DNA of 64,000 bases from Eledone cirrhosa (Eukaryota). The notes below the pieces were generated by a model that was not told the DNA's origin, searched no databases, and saw only the letters and a list, made by a program, of their open reading frames with translations. Both the position numbers and the translations under genes were made by a program. Below are positions 13,830 to 27,400 of the stretch, one piece after another. Within the stretch, counting starts at the first letter, position 1. The number at the start of each line of letters is the position of its first letter. The stretch spans positions 28,582,001-28,646,000 of the forward strand of contig OZ024744.1 of assembly GCA_964016885.1 (NCBI GenBank). The letters are read 5' to 3'.

Positions 13830-15031
13830 GACTTACTTGACTAATTTTTATTGAACTTCTATTTCAGAAAATAACAATGAAAATAACTATGCTTAATAAT
13901 GAAATGAAAAGGCATGTTGTGATTGTGGCTTTGAAGGCTAAGCATGATGATTTAGAAATTTCTCGTTTTCTGAAAGTTGCAAGATCTTTTGTCCATAAGA
14001 TTCGGTGGAGTTAGAGAAAGAAATGGAAGCATATTACCTGTATCAAAACGTAAAAAACACTTCAAACGCTCTGATTCTATCAGGACACTTAATTTATTCA
14101 GGGAGTTAAGCAAAACATTGATGACAATCCAGGAAAATCAATGAAGTCAATTGCAAAAAATGTTAGTGTGTTAGAAAAAGCAATCAGAAATGTTGTGCAT
14201 GAAGACATCAGATACAAATCTTACGTGGTGAGGAGAGGTCATTTCATGTCAGAAAAAACAAAAGAAAACCGTTTAATCAGATCCAAAAACTTTTGAATAA
14301 AATTAAAAATCCATCAGAAGATGGTGTGATTTGGTTGTGTCTCAGATGAGAGAAACATTGACCAGGACCAGAAAATTAACAGAAAAAATGACGGGTGGCT
14401 ATGTGAAGGTCCTTCTGAGGTTCCAAGAGTAATGCACACAAAATCTCCTGCAAGTGTCATGATTTGGGGTGTTGTTCGCAATGAAGGTCATGGGATCTTC
14501 CTCACTTTTTTCCACAAGGTCTTAGGGTGAATGCTGCTGCATATATTGAGGTTCTGGATAAAGTTGTTAAGCCTTGGATCAACAGTGTATGCAATGGAAG
14601 GCCTTATGTCTTTCAACAATATTCTGCACCATGATATAAGACTCAAATGACACAAGAATGGATGGTCAACAATTTGCCTGATCACATCACCCCCTTCTAA
14701 TTCTCCAGATGTCAATCCACTGAACTACTATGTATGGGGCATCGTTGAGAAAAAGGTCAATGAACACCCCCATAGCACCAAAGATTCTTTGACAGCCGCA
14801 ATAGTTCGAGTCATGTCCAATATAAACAAGGACCACTTAATCCGAGCTTGTAAACGATTTCAACCACACATAGAGGCAGTTATTGATGCCTATGGTGGTT
14901 TTATTGAATGAAATTATTAAATTGATAATTTAGCTTTATGTTTATGTTATTTTGATAAGAATACAGTTTTTTTCTGTTATATAAGCGTTTTTTTTAACCC
15001 TAAATCTGTCCTCAATACCGTCCGCACCCTG
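13830..15031 (+). mobile_element. Degenerate Tc1/mariner DNA transposon (maT/DD37D-like); right TIR intact, left TIR not seen
   Basis: Frameshifted transposase at 13903-14911 with SDE, VMIWGVV, YVFQQxSAP and NSPDxNPLxYYVWG; ends ...CCGTCCGCACCCTG|TA. Confidence 0.85.
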
Positions 15032-15137
15032 TATATATATATATATACACACACATATATATATATATATACACATATATATAAATATATATATTTGTGT
15101 TTGTATTTCTGTCAGTATATATATATATATATGTATG

Positions 15138-15176
<39 letters not shown>

Positions 15177-15596
15177 ATTTGTCATCTGTATATTCTAACA
15201 TACATATATACGTATATACAAACTTCATATTGACTTGTAAAAAAGCATCTACATACAGATGCATGCATACCCAAACAGATTGAGACAAGCACACACCCAA
15301 ACACACACCCAAACACACACAGACACAAACAGACTCACAGATATACACACATACAAACCACTGATCTGACATATCTCCTTTTAGTGTCTTGTTGGTTTTG
15401 TTTTCTTAATACCACTTCTTATCTCGTCCTTTAGCACATGGCTATATAAGCTAAGACATTTAAGTAAGTTAAATGGCTTTAGGAAAATAATATATTTACA
15501 CACATACATATAGGACTTACAGACGTATATATGTATATATTTATATATATACAAATATACATATATACATATATACATATATACATATTCGTGTGT

Positions 15597-15940
15597 GCAT
15601 AGAACAACAAAACCAGAAGTCAGATGTAGGCAGATAGTTAGTTCATTGTTTTACGATCGTTTCTGAAGGTCAATTGATCTATGGATATCGATGTATCGAC
15701 TAGCATGGTAGTTGTCAAGTTACTACATATTTCTAGACTCGAAATCTCAGTGTTTCTGAGGAGGGCGGCCGATTGAACAGGGACTTTGAGACCGAAATAA
15801 GTCGTAACTTAACCACTACCATACTAGTCGATACATCAATCAATCGATATAATATCCATCAATCAATCGACCCTCTGAAACGATCGTAAAACTGAACTAA
15901 CTATCTTCCTACACCTGACTTCTGTTTTTATTGTTCTATA
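15597..15940. repeat. Diverged long inverted repeat (arms ~150 bp)
   Basis: TAGAACAA..CAGAAGTCAG.TGTAGG.AGATAGTTAGTTCA pairs with TGAACTAACTATCT.CCTACA.CTGACTTCTG..TTGTTCTA. Confidence 0.85.
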
Positions 15941-16130
15941 CATACATACATATATGTAAATAATTCTGTAACTCGGACGAATATTCTTCGAGATTAACGT
16001 AGGCGGTGATCACCTACCACCGGTCACTGAACCTCGCTGAAACATTCCTACCAGATATATTGAGTTTAACAAGGTTATCAGCCTCACCACAACCTGGTGG
16101 GTTACTATATATAAATATATATATATATAT

Positions 16131-16200
<70 letters not shown>

Positions 16201-16625
16201 ATACGATTCGGGGATGTTCTATTCGGAGATGTTCTAATTTCTATGTCAAGGGCCATCGAATCAAATATTTTTTCTATATTTTCTCTGTTTGTGTATGCCA
16301 TAATTCCTTAATTAATTATGCAATCCACACCTGATGATATCCCCAGGATCTTATTGAAATATATATACAGTGTTTTTTGCAAAATAAAACTTTAAAGGAA
16401 CATCACCAGTCTGGACTCCTATTATTTTAATCAATCTAATATTTAACTCTGTTCCTGCACGAGCCACAGGATCCAATACAAACGATGGGTGAGTTGCTTT
16501 TCCTGCTATTAAATAATGGTTAACTAAACGGAATGAGCAGTTCTATCTAGTGGTGAATCACAAAACATATATAAATATATATACAATATATTAACAAATG
16601 GAAACTATATTTATAAAACCATATT

Positions 16626-16691
16626 TATTTTATTATACATATTTCAAGGGCCACCAAGGCAAATTATGGTGCGCTTTCATCAGATAAAATA
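16626..16691 (-). ncRNA. Minimal type I hammerhead ribozyme
   Basis: Mirror copy of 16841-16906. Confidence 0.75.
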
Positions 16692-16840
16692 CAGATTTGT
16701 TCCACAAATAAATATTGACATACCCGAAAAAAATACAAACTTAATGGTTGGAGCTTCCTGGATATCCAGGAAGCTCCAACCGTTAAGGTTGTCTTTTTTC
16801 AGGGTGTATCAATATTTATTTATAAAACTAATCTGTATTG

Positions 16841-16906
16841 TATTTTATCTGATGAAAGCGCACCATAATTTGCCTTGGTGGCCCTTGAAATATGTATAAT
16901 AAAATA
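16841..16906 (+). ncRNA. Minimal type I hammerhead ribozyme
   Basis: TATTTTAT-CTGATGA-[stem II]-GAAA-TATGTA-TA-ATAAAATA, with an 8-bp stem I and intact core boxes. Confidence 0.78.
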
Positions 16907-17509
16907 AATATGGTTTTATAAATATAGTTTCCATTTGTTAATATATTGTATATTTACTCCAATAATTTGTTGAGTGCTTTATATCAGTTATAAAAATATT
17001 TTTAAGCTTGTATCCCAACAAATTAAATATAACCTCTGCATAAATATATATATATATAGAAAGATGGATAGATAGATACAAACATATATATACATACATA
17101 CATACATGCACACACATAATTATATATATATATATTTCTATAATAAAATGGATATACATATACTCTACTAACACACTTAATACTTTTTTGACAGCGGTTG
17201 TCACCCGACTTACAACGGAATCCGTTATATATACATACATAGATATACACACAGACGCGCACACACGAACCCACACATGCATACATATATATATATATAT
17301 ATACATTTATATATACGTACATATACATACATACATACACACGCAGATACGCACACTCACATACACATATATATACAAACACTACTACTAACCAAATAAA
17401 CTCGCATAATATATATTGTAAGTATAGCAAGACTCAGGCTGGAATTGGTAGGCTGGCAGTGTTTAACGTGTTAATGCTAATACTTAATGTTTCATATATC
17501 TGTGAAGAG

Positions 17510-17990
17510 AGGCAGCTTTACTCTGTCTGGTGGCTATGGTGAAAGAGGTAATATGGTGGACAATGTTAAAAGCACTGAGGGCAAACACCTTCCTCTCTGG
17601 ACAACAACTCATCCCCTTCATCAAATACCACTTCAGAAGGAAGGTGAAAGTGGAGAGTGAGGTGCTACACCCCAGTAAATTCGCTGAAAGGTGGGTGAAT
17701 GTGGCAAAAATAGCCCGTGTGAATGGGCCTTCTCTGTATATAAACTTGTCGGTTCAAGAAGACAAAAGGGGGAAGACGGGAACACCTACAAAACGCGCTC
17801 CTGGTTTTGAGGGTTTTTCTCTCTATGGGGTGTAAAACATCCCTGCAGTAACGTGCCTCCCTAATGGGGACTTCGATTGTTTAACATTTATATTGCTATA
17901 ACCTCTTTACCCGATTTTATGTAAAACCCCCGCCTTCACGTCTGGTAATGTCCCATTTCTGTGTGCCCTGGTGGCAAATAAAGAAATCTA
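17510..17990 (+). mobile_element. Old Tx1 3' fragment
   Basis: The ORF at 17530 (MAMVKEVIWWT...ERWV...ARVNGP) is homologous to the ORF2 C-terminus; ends GGCAAATAAAGAAATC. Confidence 0.85.
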
Positions 17991-18846
17991 TCTGCGAAGC
18001 AAAGCTGAAGTAGAACACAGACTGACAAATATTTTATTAAATGTGGGTTGTCCTCTTTGGGAATAGTTACATACACCACTAAAACAGAATCCAAGAATTT
18101 GGAATGGGAGTAGTTTTAGAAATTGACGGTTTTTTATTTTACTTTTTACTTTTTATTTTTAAATTTCTATTTTATTTATTCGTTCTTTTTTATGTTCTTT
18201 TTTTGTTTGTTGTTTTAGTTCTTTAGTTTATTTTTTTATTTTTTTATTTTTTAAATATCAAAATTATTTAAGCAAGTATAATTCTTTCTTGTAAATAGTC
18301 TGAAATGAAAATAAAGTTTCTTTTAAATGAAATAATAATTATGAAATGTTGAAATGTTTAGAAATGTTGAAAATTAATTTTCCATATGCTTTGCTGAGCC
18401 TCTACTTTTGTTTTAGTTGTTTTTGTTGTTTATATTTTTGTTTTCTTCATTTTCAGACTTTTTCTTTTCCTTTTTCTTTTTTGAAATGTTTATGTTGTTC
18501 TTAATTGTATAGTCTTCCTTTACTACTTTCAGTCACAAGACTGCGGCCATTCTGGGATACCACTTTGAAGAGATTTAGTCGATCATATTGACACCAGTAC
18601 ATATTTTATGGATTTCTTTTATGTTGAACCAGTGATTTACACATCTACACACACGGCCCATATCCCCAAGCACCCCGCAAACAGCCCTCCATATAATATA
18701 TATATATACTGTAAGTGATTCAGTAAAAATACTGGTGGTGGTGCCAAAATGAGCACTTGATGCTCAAGCAGAGTAAATATAAGAAAAAGCGATGAAATTT
18801 TGTTTACATGTATTGATGTTTTATTATTACGTATCGACCCGTGTAG

Positions 18847-19040
18847 GGGGTGGATTGGCAGTATCGGTAGAGGGTCGGATGCCATGCTTTGCAGCATAGA
18901 GTTATGGCCCTTTATGATCTGAGTTCAAATCCCGCCGAGGTTAACTTTGCCTTTCATCCTTACGGGGTCGATAAAATAAAGTACCAGTAATATACTGGGA
19001 TAATTGCTGGCCTTGTGCCAAAAGTAGAAACAATTATTAT
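18847..19040 (+). mobile_element. tRNA-derived SINE
   Basis: TGGCAGTATCGGTAG (A box), GAGTTCAAATCCC (B box) and the shared central block. Confidence 0.85.
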
Positions 19041-19509
19041 GTATCGACCTGTTATGCTCGTTTCGCAGGTGAGTAGCTCAAGATTATCCATCAACGTTAT
19101 GGTCCCGACTCCAGCATTAGTCTGCTCATCAGACTGGAGTTTCAACAAAAAGAAATGAGAGATTTTGTGGTTTTAATCTAAAACAATTGATCACAAGGGG
19201 GCGGTCTAACTGAGGCTGTAAAGGATTAAGTATCTTGCCTAAGGTATAAAGCAATACCATAGGAGTGAACGCCTTAACCACACAGTTATGCCTTCGCCTT
19301 GTGTTTATTTAACTTTCTTTTTTGTCTTGTTTGTTTGTTTGTTCTGTTTTGCTTTAGATTTTGTTCAACCCAAAACACACCACGCCACCCCACCTAAATC
19401 TCGCCCTACCATTCCTACCCCAGATTTCTCTTAATGGAATCACAATAGGCTGCCACCTGCTTAGAATTATACAATTATAGAATTAGAAGTTAATTAATTT
19501 ACCCCTTAA

Positions 19510-19806
<297 letters not shown>

Positions 19807-20019
19807 TATATAATTCTGTCCAATTTGGTCCACAACGTAAAAGTATTATTTACCTCCTTCAATACACTGCAAAGTATACATATGTGCGTGTGTTGGAACT
19901 CCGTCGATCCAGACGATGAATGCACCTGTTAATATAATCAACAGAACATACCTCTACCATTACCTCTACAACCACTACCACTACCACCACCACTACCATC
20001 ACTACTACCTCCAGATGAA

Positions 20020-20590
20020 AAAAAAAATGTGACGAGATAAATCATTCCTAAAAGGTCGCAGAAAGTTGTCGAACGTGTACATAGCGTCCGTCATGTCCTG
20101 ATCAAGTCTAACTGCACTGATACATTTAATCTTTCGCTTTTTGTGGAAGAGACAGGTTCACATGGTCATGGAGTCCATTTGCTGTCAACACCCGCTACGG
20201 AGATACCGTGGCTGAGGTTATGACATGTCCAACTTTTAGTTGGGTCAAACAATATCCAAGGAGGTGCGCGAGGAAATTGGAATATCTTCAAGTCCTCAGC
20301 CCTGAGCCAATCGGGCAGTATGATCGGTGGAAACTCCACCTCGGGGTTCTATATAGGTTTAATGGCGGATAAAAGCGACGATATTCTTGGGAAAAATGTG
20401 GGCATCTACGGTAATCAACTAACCACTCTTTTCCGTAGAACTTTCAATTCGGGGACACATGGATAACATCCAGAAATTCCTGACCTGGCGCTGCTACTGA
20501 GAATCATTGCCAGTTTGAGGTAATCTCTACAGGCATGGAAGAGCCGTTAGCCGGGTCTGTCCAAGATGCGCGCAGGACGATCAAACCTGT
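20020..20590 (+). mobile_element. Highly degenerate Tx1 ORF2 internal fragment
   Basis: Nucleotide similarity to ORF2, e.g. CTTTCGCTTTTTGTGGAAG, GCTGTCAACACCCGCTACG, GATCGGTGGAAACTCCACC, TGTCCAAGATGCGCGCAGG. Confidence 0.8.
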
Positions 20591-20825
20591 CATAATCATC
20601 ACCATCATCTTTATCACCATCATGAACACCATCATCATCGCCAATAACTTCATCACCACCGTTATCATTTCCACCATCACCATTGCAATCACACACATCT
20701 TTATCCTCATCATCAATAACATCATGACCATCATCATCAACAAAACTAACATCATCATCACCACCACCATCATCATCATCATCACCACTACCACCACCAC
20801 CATCATCATCATCATCACCACCACC

Positions 20826-20883
<58 letters not shown>

Positions 20884-20896
20884 CCATCATCATAAA

Positions 20897-20934
<38 letters not shown>

Positions 20935-21035
20935 CCATCATCATAAACATCATCATCATCATCATCATCATCACCATCAAGGCAACATTATCATCAACAC
21001 CATCACCAGCACCACCACCATCATCACCATAATCA
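20590..21035. repeat. Imperfect (CAT/CAC)n tract
   Basis: Read directly. Confidence 0.95.
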
Positions 21036-21076
21036 TGAACAACAACACCATGGTTATTATTATTATTATTATTTTT

Positions 21077-24000
21077 CTTTGAGTCTCAGTCATTGATGTT
21101 GGTTAACTGGAAAGTTTGTTGAAATGAACATCAAGCCACTACCTGCAGCCTCAGATATTCAGGACGTATCGGAGGGTTCTTGCTGTTCCCAGCAAGCATG
21201 CCTTTTGAAGTGTTCCAAAAAGCGGAACGGGACCAATCTTCTTTAACCATCCCTGGAAACTCTTTGAGATAGTACCTAGTGCGCCTATGACAATCGGGAC
21301 CACTTTGACCTCATGGCAGTTCCAAATCCTTTTTACCTCCCACTTTAAGTCCTGGTATCGGTTAATTTTCTCCCTCTCCTTCTCTTGCACTCTCGTGTCG
21401 AATGAACAGGCCACATCCACAATCAGGCACGATCTTTTTTCCTTGTCCAAAACCACCAGGTCATGTCTTATTGTGTTCCAGTTTCTTGTCCGTCTGTATC
21501 CTAAAATCCCACAGCACCTTCACCTGATCGTTCTCCATCACCGCCTCTGGCTTATGCTCATACCACTTCTCAGAATGTGGTAAATTGTTTACTTTGCATA
21601 GGTGCCAGTGGATCACCCTGCCCATCACATCATGTCTCCAGCCTTTATAGTGAGCCCGGCTAGGTGTTTACACTCGGATACAATGCGAGCCACAGTCTCC
21701 TCTCTCTCTCTCCACATATCCTGCACAGTGGGCTAGCCCCCTCCTTGTAAATATGGTGTTTCACCCACTTCGTTTTGAGGGCCTGCTCTTGCGCAGCTGT
21801 AGCATCCCTTCTGTAGCCTATGCAAGGTCTCCTCTTTTCAACCTGTTCCATGTATATGGATCTCTAAATTCAGTTTTCTCAAAGAAGGTACTATGAAGGG
21901 ATTTTTCATGAAAGTTTCTCTTCCTCCTTGGACATCCCCTGGCCTATTGTCCCCTCCTTCAGTACAATTCTGAACATTGGCTCCCTACTGTCAGTCATGT
22001 ATTTGTGTAGGTTGTTTTTCTCCATCTGAACACAGTCCTCTATGCTGATAAGACCTCTTCCACCTTCAGATCTCCTTAAGTGGAGTCTATTGACATCACT
22101 CCTCTTGTGGAACATATTGTAGATAGTCAATAGCTTCCTAGTCTTCCTATCCATTTCTTTTTGTTCAGCAACATTCCATCTCAGAATTCCCGCACTCTAT
22201 CTAATAATAGACACAGCTCGGGAATTTATTGCACTTATGGCATTCCTACTGTTCAGATGTGACTTCAATACGCTCCTTACTCTCCGAATGTATTCCTTCA
22301 TTTTTTTGTTCTTGATGTCATCAGCCTCCAGAACACTTAATATCTGAATCCTTCTTCAGTGTCAATTTCCTTTATCATCTCACCTGTTGGTACCCGGATT
22401 ACGTTGCTTCTGCTCAATTTACCTCTCCTTATCACTAGTACTCCACACTTACTAATACCAAATTGCATACATATATCATTGCGGGAAAATACGGACAGTG
22501 TCAACAAGCACATCCAACTCCTTCTCACTCTTCCCGAAGAGCTTAAGATCATTCCATGAAGAGGAGGCGATTGATCGTAAGCTCTCCCTTTCCCAACCTG
22601 TATCCTGCTCTCACCTTTCGCAGTATAATGGTCAGGGTATCAGGGCAAGGACAAACAACAGGGGGGACAAACTATCTCCCTGGAAGATACCTCTCTTGAT
22701 CTTCACGCTTCCCAAGGATTCTCCACCCCATGTTAACTCTGTTTTCCAGGACTTCATACTTTTGCTCAACAACTGTCAGATGTTATCTGCCACCTTGAAG
22801 ATCTCTAGGCTTTTGGTTATCCAAGAATGAGGTACCATGTCCATTGCCTTTTTGTAGTCTATCCATCCGATGGCAAGACCAGTCTCCTCTTACAATTCCT
22901 CATTACCATCTTATCAATAAGTAACTGGTCCTTTGTACCACGGGACTTCTTTCGGCATCCTTTCTGTTCGTCCGGTAACAAGTTGTTTGTGTGGAGGTGA
23001 TGGTAGATTTCCTCAGATACAATGCTTGTCAACAGTTTCCACATTACGGACAGACATGTGATAGGTCTATAGTTGGTAACATCATTACCCTTGATTCGGT
23101 CTTTCATTACCAGAACTGTGGTACCTTTTGTCAACCACTCTGGTACCTCACCTGACATCAAGCAGTCATTGAACATGGCTGTCACTTTTGGGTGGAGGGA
23201 TGTTATGTTTTTAATCCAATACCCTTGCACACCATCTGGGCCTGGTGATTTCCAGTTGGTTAGTTTTCTGGCCTGCCTTTTAATAGTTTCAACTGTGATA
23301 CTCAAATCAGTTTGTTGGTGTGCCTGTTCACTAATCTTCTTTTGTACTGTCCCAATCCACACTGCCTGATCATTATGTTCAACATCCTGCTCCCATATTC
23401 CTCTCCAGAATATCTTAGTCTGTTCCGCCTCAGGGATCAAGTTGTTGCTTCTTTCTTTCCCTTCAAGCTCTCCAAACAACATCTTCTGGTTGTTGTCAAA
23501 CATGCGGTTCTGTCTATACTGACTGACTCTGCTCTCATATCGCCTAATCTTTGTACTATTTGCTACAATGCGTTGCTTCAGTTCCTCTATGATAATATTT
23601 AGCATTTTCCTCCTAGTTTTGTACTTTATTTCCAACTTATTTTTAATGTCTAAGTTTTGTATTGTTCCATTCAGTAGGGACTCAAGCTTTCCAATGTCAT
23701 TTCTCATTTCCCTGATTTGACCATTCAGTCGTTTCTTCCAACAAGGTTCTGATCTTTCTTGTTTGTTGTTTCCTCAAGTATTTATGTCAAGTAATTTTCT
23801 CACCGCATTTGCTGTTGCTTTGAGGATATTGTTGCACTGCTGAAGGCTCCTCGCCTCAAGGTATGGGATGACTTTGTTTACCTTAGCTATTGTTTCTTTT
23901 AACTTTTTCCTGTCTACAAATCATAGGTTCATATGTTTCCCACGATCATTGTTCATTTCATCTACCATTAAGTTTAGGATATCAACCAAATCTTGTCCTA

Positions 24001-24430
24001 GCCCTTCAGCATTCATTTCCTCAATGGCCGTATCTTTGTTCCAGGTCTTATTTATTTCAGCATTCAGATCATTGTCTACTTCGGATGGTGCCTCCGTTCT
24101 CTCAACCTCTTCACCTTCATTTCCCACTGGCTCGTTTGCCTGGCATACTCCACTCTCCATTTCCAATCTAATCTCTCTGCTCAGTTCCTTCAGTTCCAGC
24201 TCGCTTATCCACCCATTAGTTCTTATTACCCGAGCCTGCCCGGCCAATTTTTGTTCATCTAATTTAAATAGACCCATCTCGTTCCAGATGTTATGCATCC
24301 GTTTCCTATAGCCTTTTTCCTTGGGGATACTCGTCAGGTAACATTACATAACAATTCTATTCAATTATTTCGTCCAGTTGGTTCTGGTCCCTTTCCTTCT
24401 TCTTCTACCTCCAACACCAGCAGTATTTGG
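21077..24430 (-). mobile_element. R4/Dong-clade non-LTR retrotransposon, 5'-truncated and degenerate
   Basis: Fragmented ORFs homologous to 36400-39788 (WKSPGPDG, YRPITCL, RLE domain); flanked by (TTA)n at 21054-21072 and 24437-24475. Confidence 0.9.
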
Positions 24431-24436
24431 ATGATG

Positions 24437-24475
<39 letters not shown>

Positions 24476-27400
24476 GGCGACCTACGTAGTAAATCGTATC
24501 ATCGTGAGCTCCGCAAAGGTTTGTTATTTCCGTTTGTTAAAAATTGTCATTTATGGAAAATTTTATTGTTAACTGTTTATAAGCGCACATACATTGTTTT
24601 CCGAAAAGGACACCCAAAAAGATTGGGGCCTTGTGCCCAAAATTTAAACTTTTATTATTATCAAAAATTTCTTTGAAAAAAAATGGCTAATTCACCTCTG
24701 CACCAAGCAGCTGAAAGCCTTCCTCACAAATTAACACCTCACACCGACACCACCATTGTAAATGTTACTACATTTGCCAACACAAAAACAAATATAAGCA
24801 GTAGCAATATTTTAAATTTGTCTCAGGCAGACATTCATTTCCCGCCATTACCAATGACTGCAGGTGTTAAAGCCTCCACCACCACCACCACCGCGGCACC
24901 CCCCCCCCCCCCACCACCGCGACAACAGAAACAAAAGAAGAAAAAATAAATTAACTCGTGATGTCGAAATGAAATCAAGCAAAATGGACTCTTCCCCACC
25001 AAAGACGACTGACGTCACCACCACCACAACTGAAACTAAAATTAATATTAACGATAGCAACAACAACAACAATGACATTATAACCCCCCCCCCCTCAGTT
25101 TCGCCAGAGTAGCAAAACAATTCGAAGCATTTACCGTAACTCAGGAAGATTTAGAAAATGCCAAACAAATGGTAAAGAAAGATGGGTACAGGGTCAGCCT
25201 CACCCCCCCACCTAATAAAATGGAGCATCGGCGCCTATGCACCGTGTCTTATAGAACAATAAATGTAAAATCGCGCCGAGTGGAACGGGCATCCGAGTCC
25301 CAAATCCAAAAAGCTTTGGGACATGTGTGGGCAAGAAAAACCCACATCAGACGTGGGAAAAAGTAAGGAACCGTGGACGTGTTCTTTGAAACACCAGAGG
25401 AGGCTAGAGAACACTCCATGGCCTCATTAAAAAGAGACGACTTCACACTCGTCCCAAGCTATTGTGGCCAGAGACTCGTAAAGATCAGGGTGACCCACGT
25501 TCCACCGGCCATCGAAATTCCCTGGCTAATAGCGGCCGTCCTCGCCGGCATCGAAGCCAACACGAAAATAATAGCAATAGCAAAAGAAAAGCAGGAAAAC
25601 TGGTCCGGATCTGGGACGGAGCTCCTGATCCAAGCGGACCAAAAAAGCATTGAGGAGATCCCAGAGGTAATAGACCTCACTGACGGCAGCCACCTCACGG
25701 TAATTGTCGAGGGCAGAAGACCTAGGTGTGTCGTTTGTGGTGAAGGAACCCACCTAAGGGCTTTCTGCCCTCAGGCTAAAAGGTTGAGGCCACCTCTCCT
25801 ACCCACCCCAGTGACACAACCATCAACACCACCAGTAGCAGAGATGGCAGCAACAACTGTAGCAGCAACAACAGAAGCAACTATAACAGCAACAACCCCA
25901 GCAACAGTAGCAAAACCAACACCACCACCACCACCACCAGCAAAACCAACACCACCACCACCCAACGTTTCAGAACTAGCACCAGCGCCTACACCATCCA
26001 CCACGCCACAACCAAAACTAACGGCTGTGGAGGATTTTCCACTCCCCGGCCTATCACAACTGGAGACAGATTGTGACGACGAGGAGTGGGAAACGATATC
26101 CGGAAAAAAAAAAAAGAAACCAACAAAGAAAAAAATCTCTTCCTTCCCCCTCCAAAAACAAAATACAGAGGGAAACAAATAAATTAAGAAACAAAAAAGT
26201 TAGGACAGATATGCCACCATCCACACCAGCATCACCAACCCCATCAACCCAAACACCAACACCATCACCATCATTAACCCCAACACCACCATCACCTACA
26301 CCACAAAAGTCACCAAAATGCGAAACAGAAACAAACCCACAACAAACGCAAACAAAACAAAACAACGAAAACGATACACACTACACAGCATTAAATTTGA
26401 ACAACAAGCAATTATTACACTACATCCAACACAACACCAGCATCACAGAAAAAGACTACACAACATCCCCAAAATTCACACCACCTCCACACATACAAAT
26501 CACTCGCATCACACAGAAAACGTACATGACACTAAAACAAAAATTCCCCAAAGACATCGGAGACTTCCGACAAGCACTCTCCAGGAGGATTTATAAGGAC
26601 ATCCTTCCTGAGGAGGCCACAAGCAGTGAAAAGGATGGAAAAACCGTCCTTCCCCTACGAGAAGTAAGGTAAGTGGTCTTTCCCATCTTTTCCACTCCTT
26701 TTCAACATGACCTCACTCAGAATAGGCAGCATAAATGCGCGTGGCTTGGGGTCGTCATGGAAGCAGGGCCACCTGCTCAACGACCTCAGGTGACTAAACA
26801 TAGATGTAGTGGCCATCAGCGAGACCAGAATCTCCGAAGCACAGGCTTTCGCACCGATCTTCGGCGGCTACGGTGTGTACGCATCTCCCAGCCGTCCGGG
26901 ATCGGGGGAGGAGTTGCTGTGCTTTTTCGGAGACGTTTGGATCTTGCCATACGGGCCATCTTCCTGGACCCAGAAGGTAAGTTGGTGGTGCTGTACGTGA
27001 CCAGCGGAGACGGGCAAGCTTTCAGGTTAGTGGCCGTCTATGCCCCGACAGGAGCAGGGCGGCCTGATTTCTTCCGGCGTCTGGAGACCTTTCTTGGAAC
27101 GTCCCGCTCTTTAGTGTTAGTGGGCGACTGGAACGGGATCTTAGATGCACGCTGGGATTGTGTGGGATTAGTGGATAGGGAAGGAGGGCGCAAGAGTCTC
27201 ACCAACCTGCTCAGACGTTTTGAACTGTCTGACAGGTACCGAATGGATTTCCCGAATGTACCAATGTGGACTTGGACAAATCGCATAAGGTCATCCAAAT
27301 CATATCTAGATAGAGTATTTTGTAGGGAAATAGATAGGTCTAGCATAGGCTGTCCACAATTCAAGATAGTCAGCTACACGGACCACAAATTCGTGATCTG

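Larger units (their letters stand above)
16580..16953. repeat. Spacerless palindrome (centre GATATC at 16761-16766), probably an inverted pair of Penelope pLTRs
   Basis: Arms of ~185 bp are near-complementary, homologous to the pLTR at 55040-55150, and each carries a hammerhead motif. Confidence 0.9.

Noticed and set aside
16325-16375. CTGATGA...GAAATATATATA hammerhead-like motif
   Set aside because: Stem I is out of register and stem II is poor, so it cannot be supported as functional.
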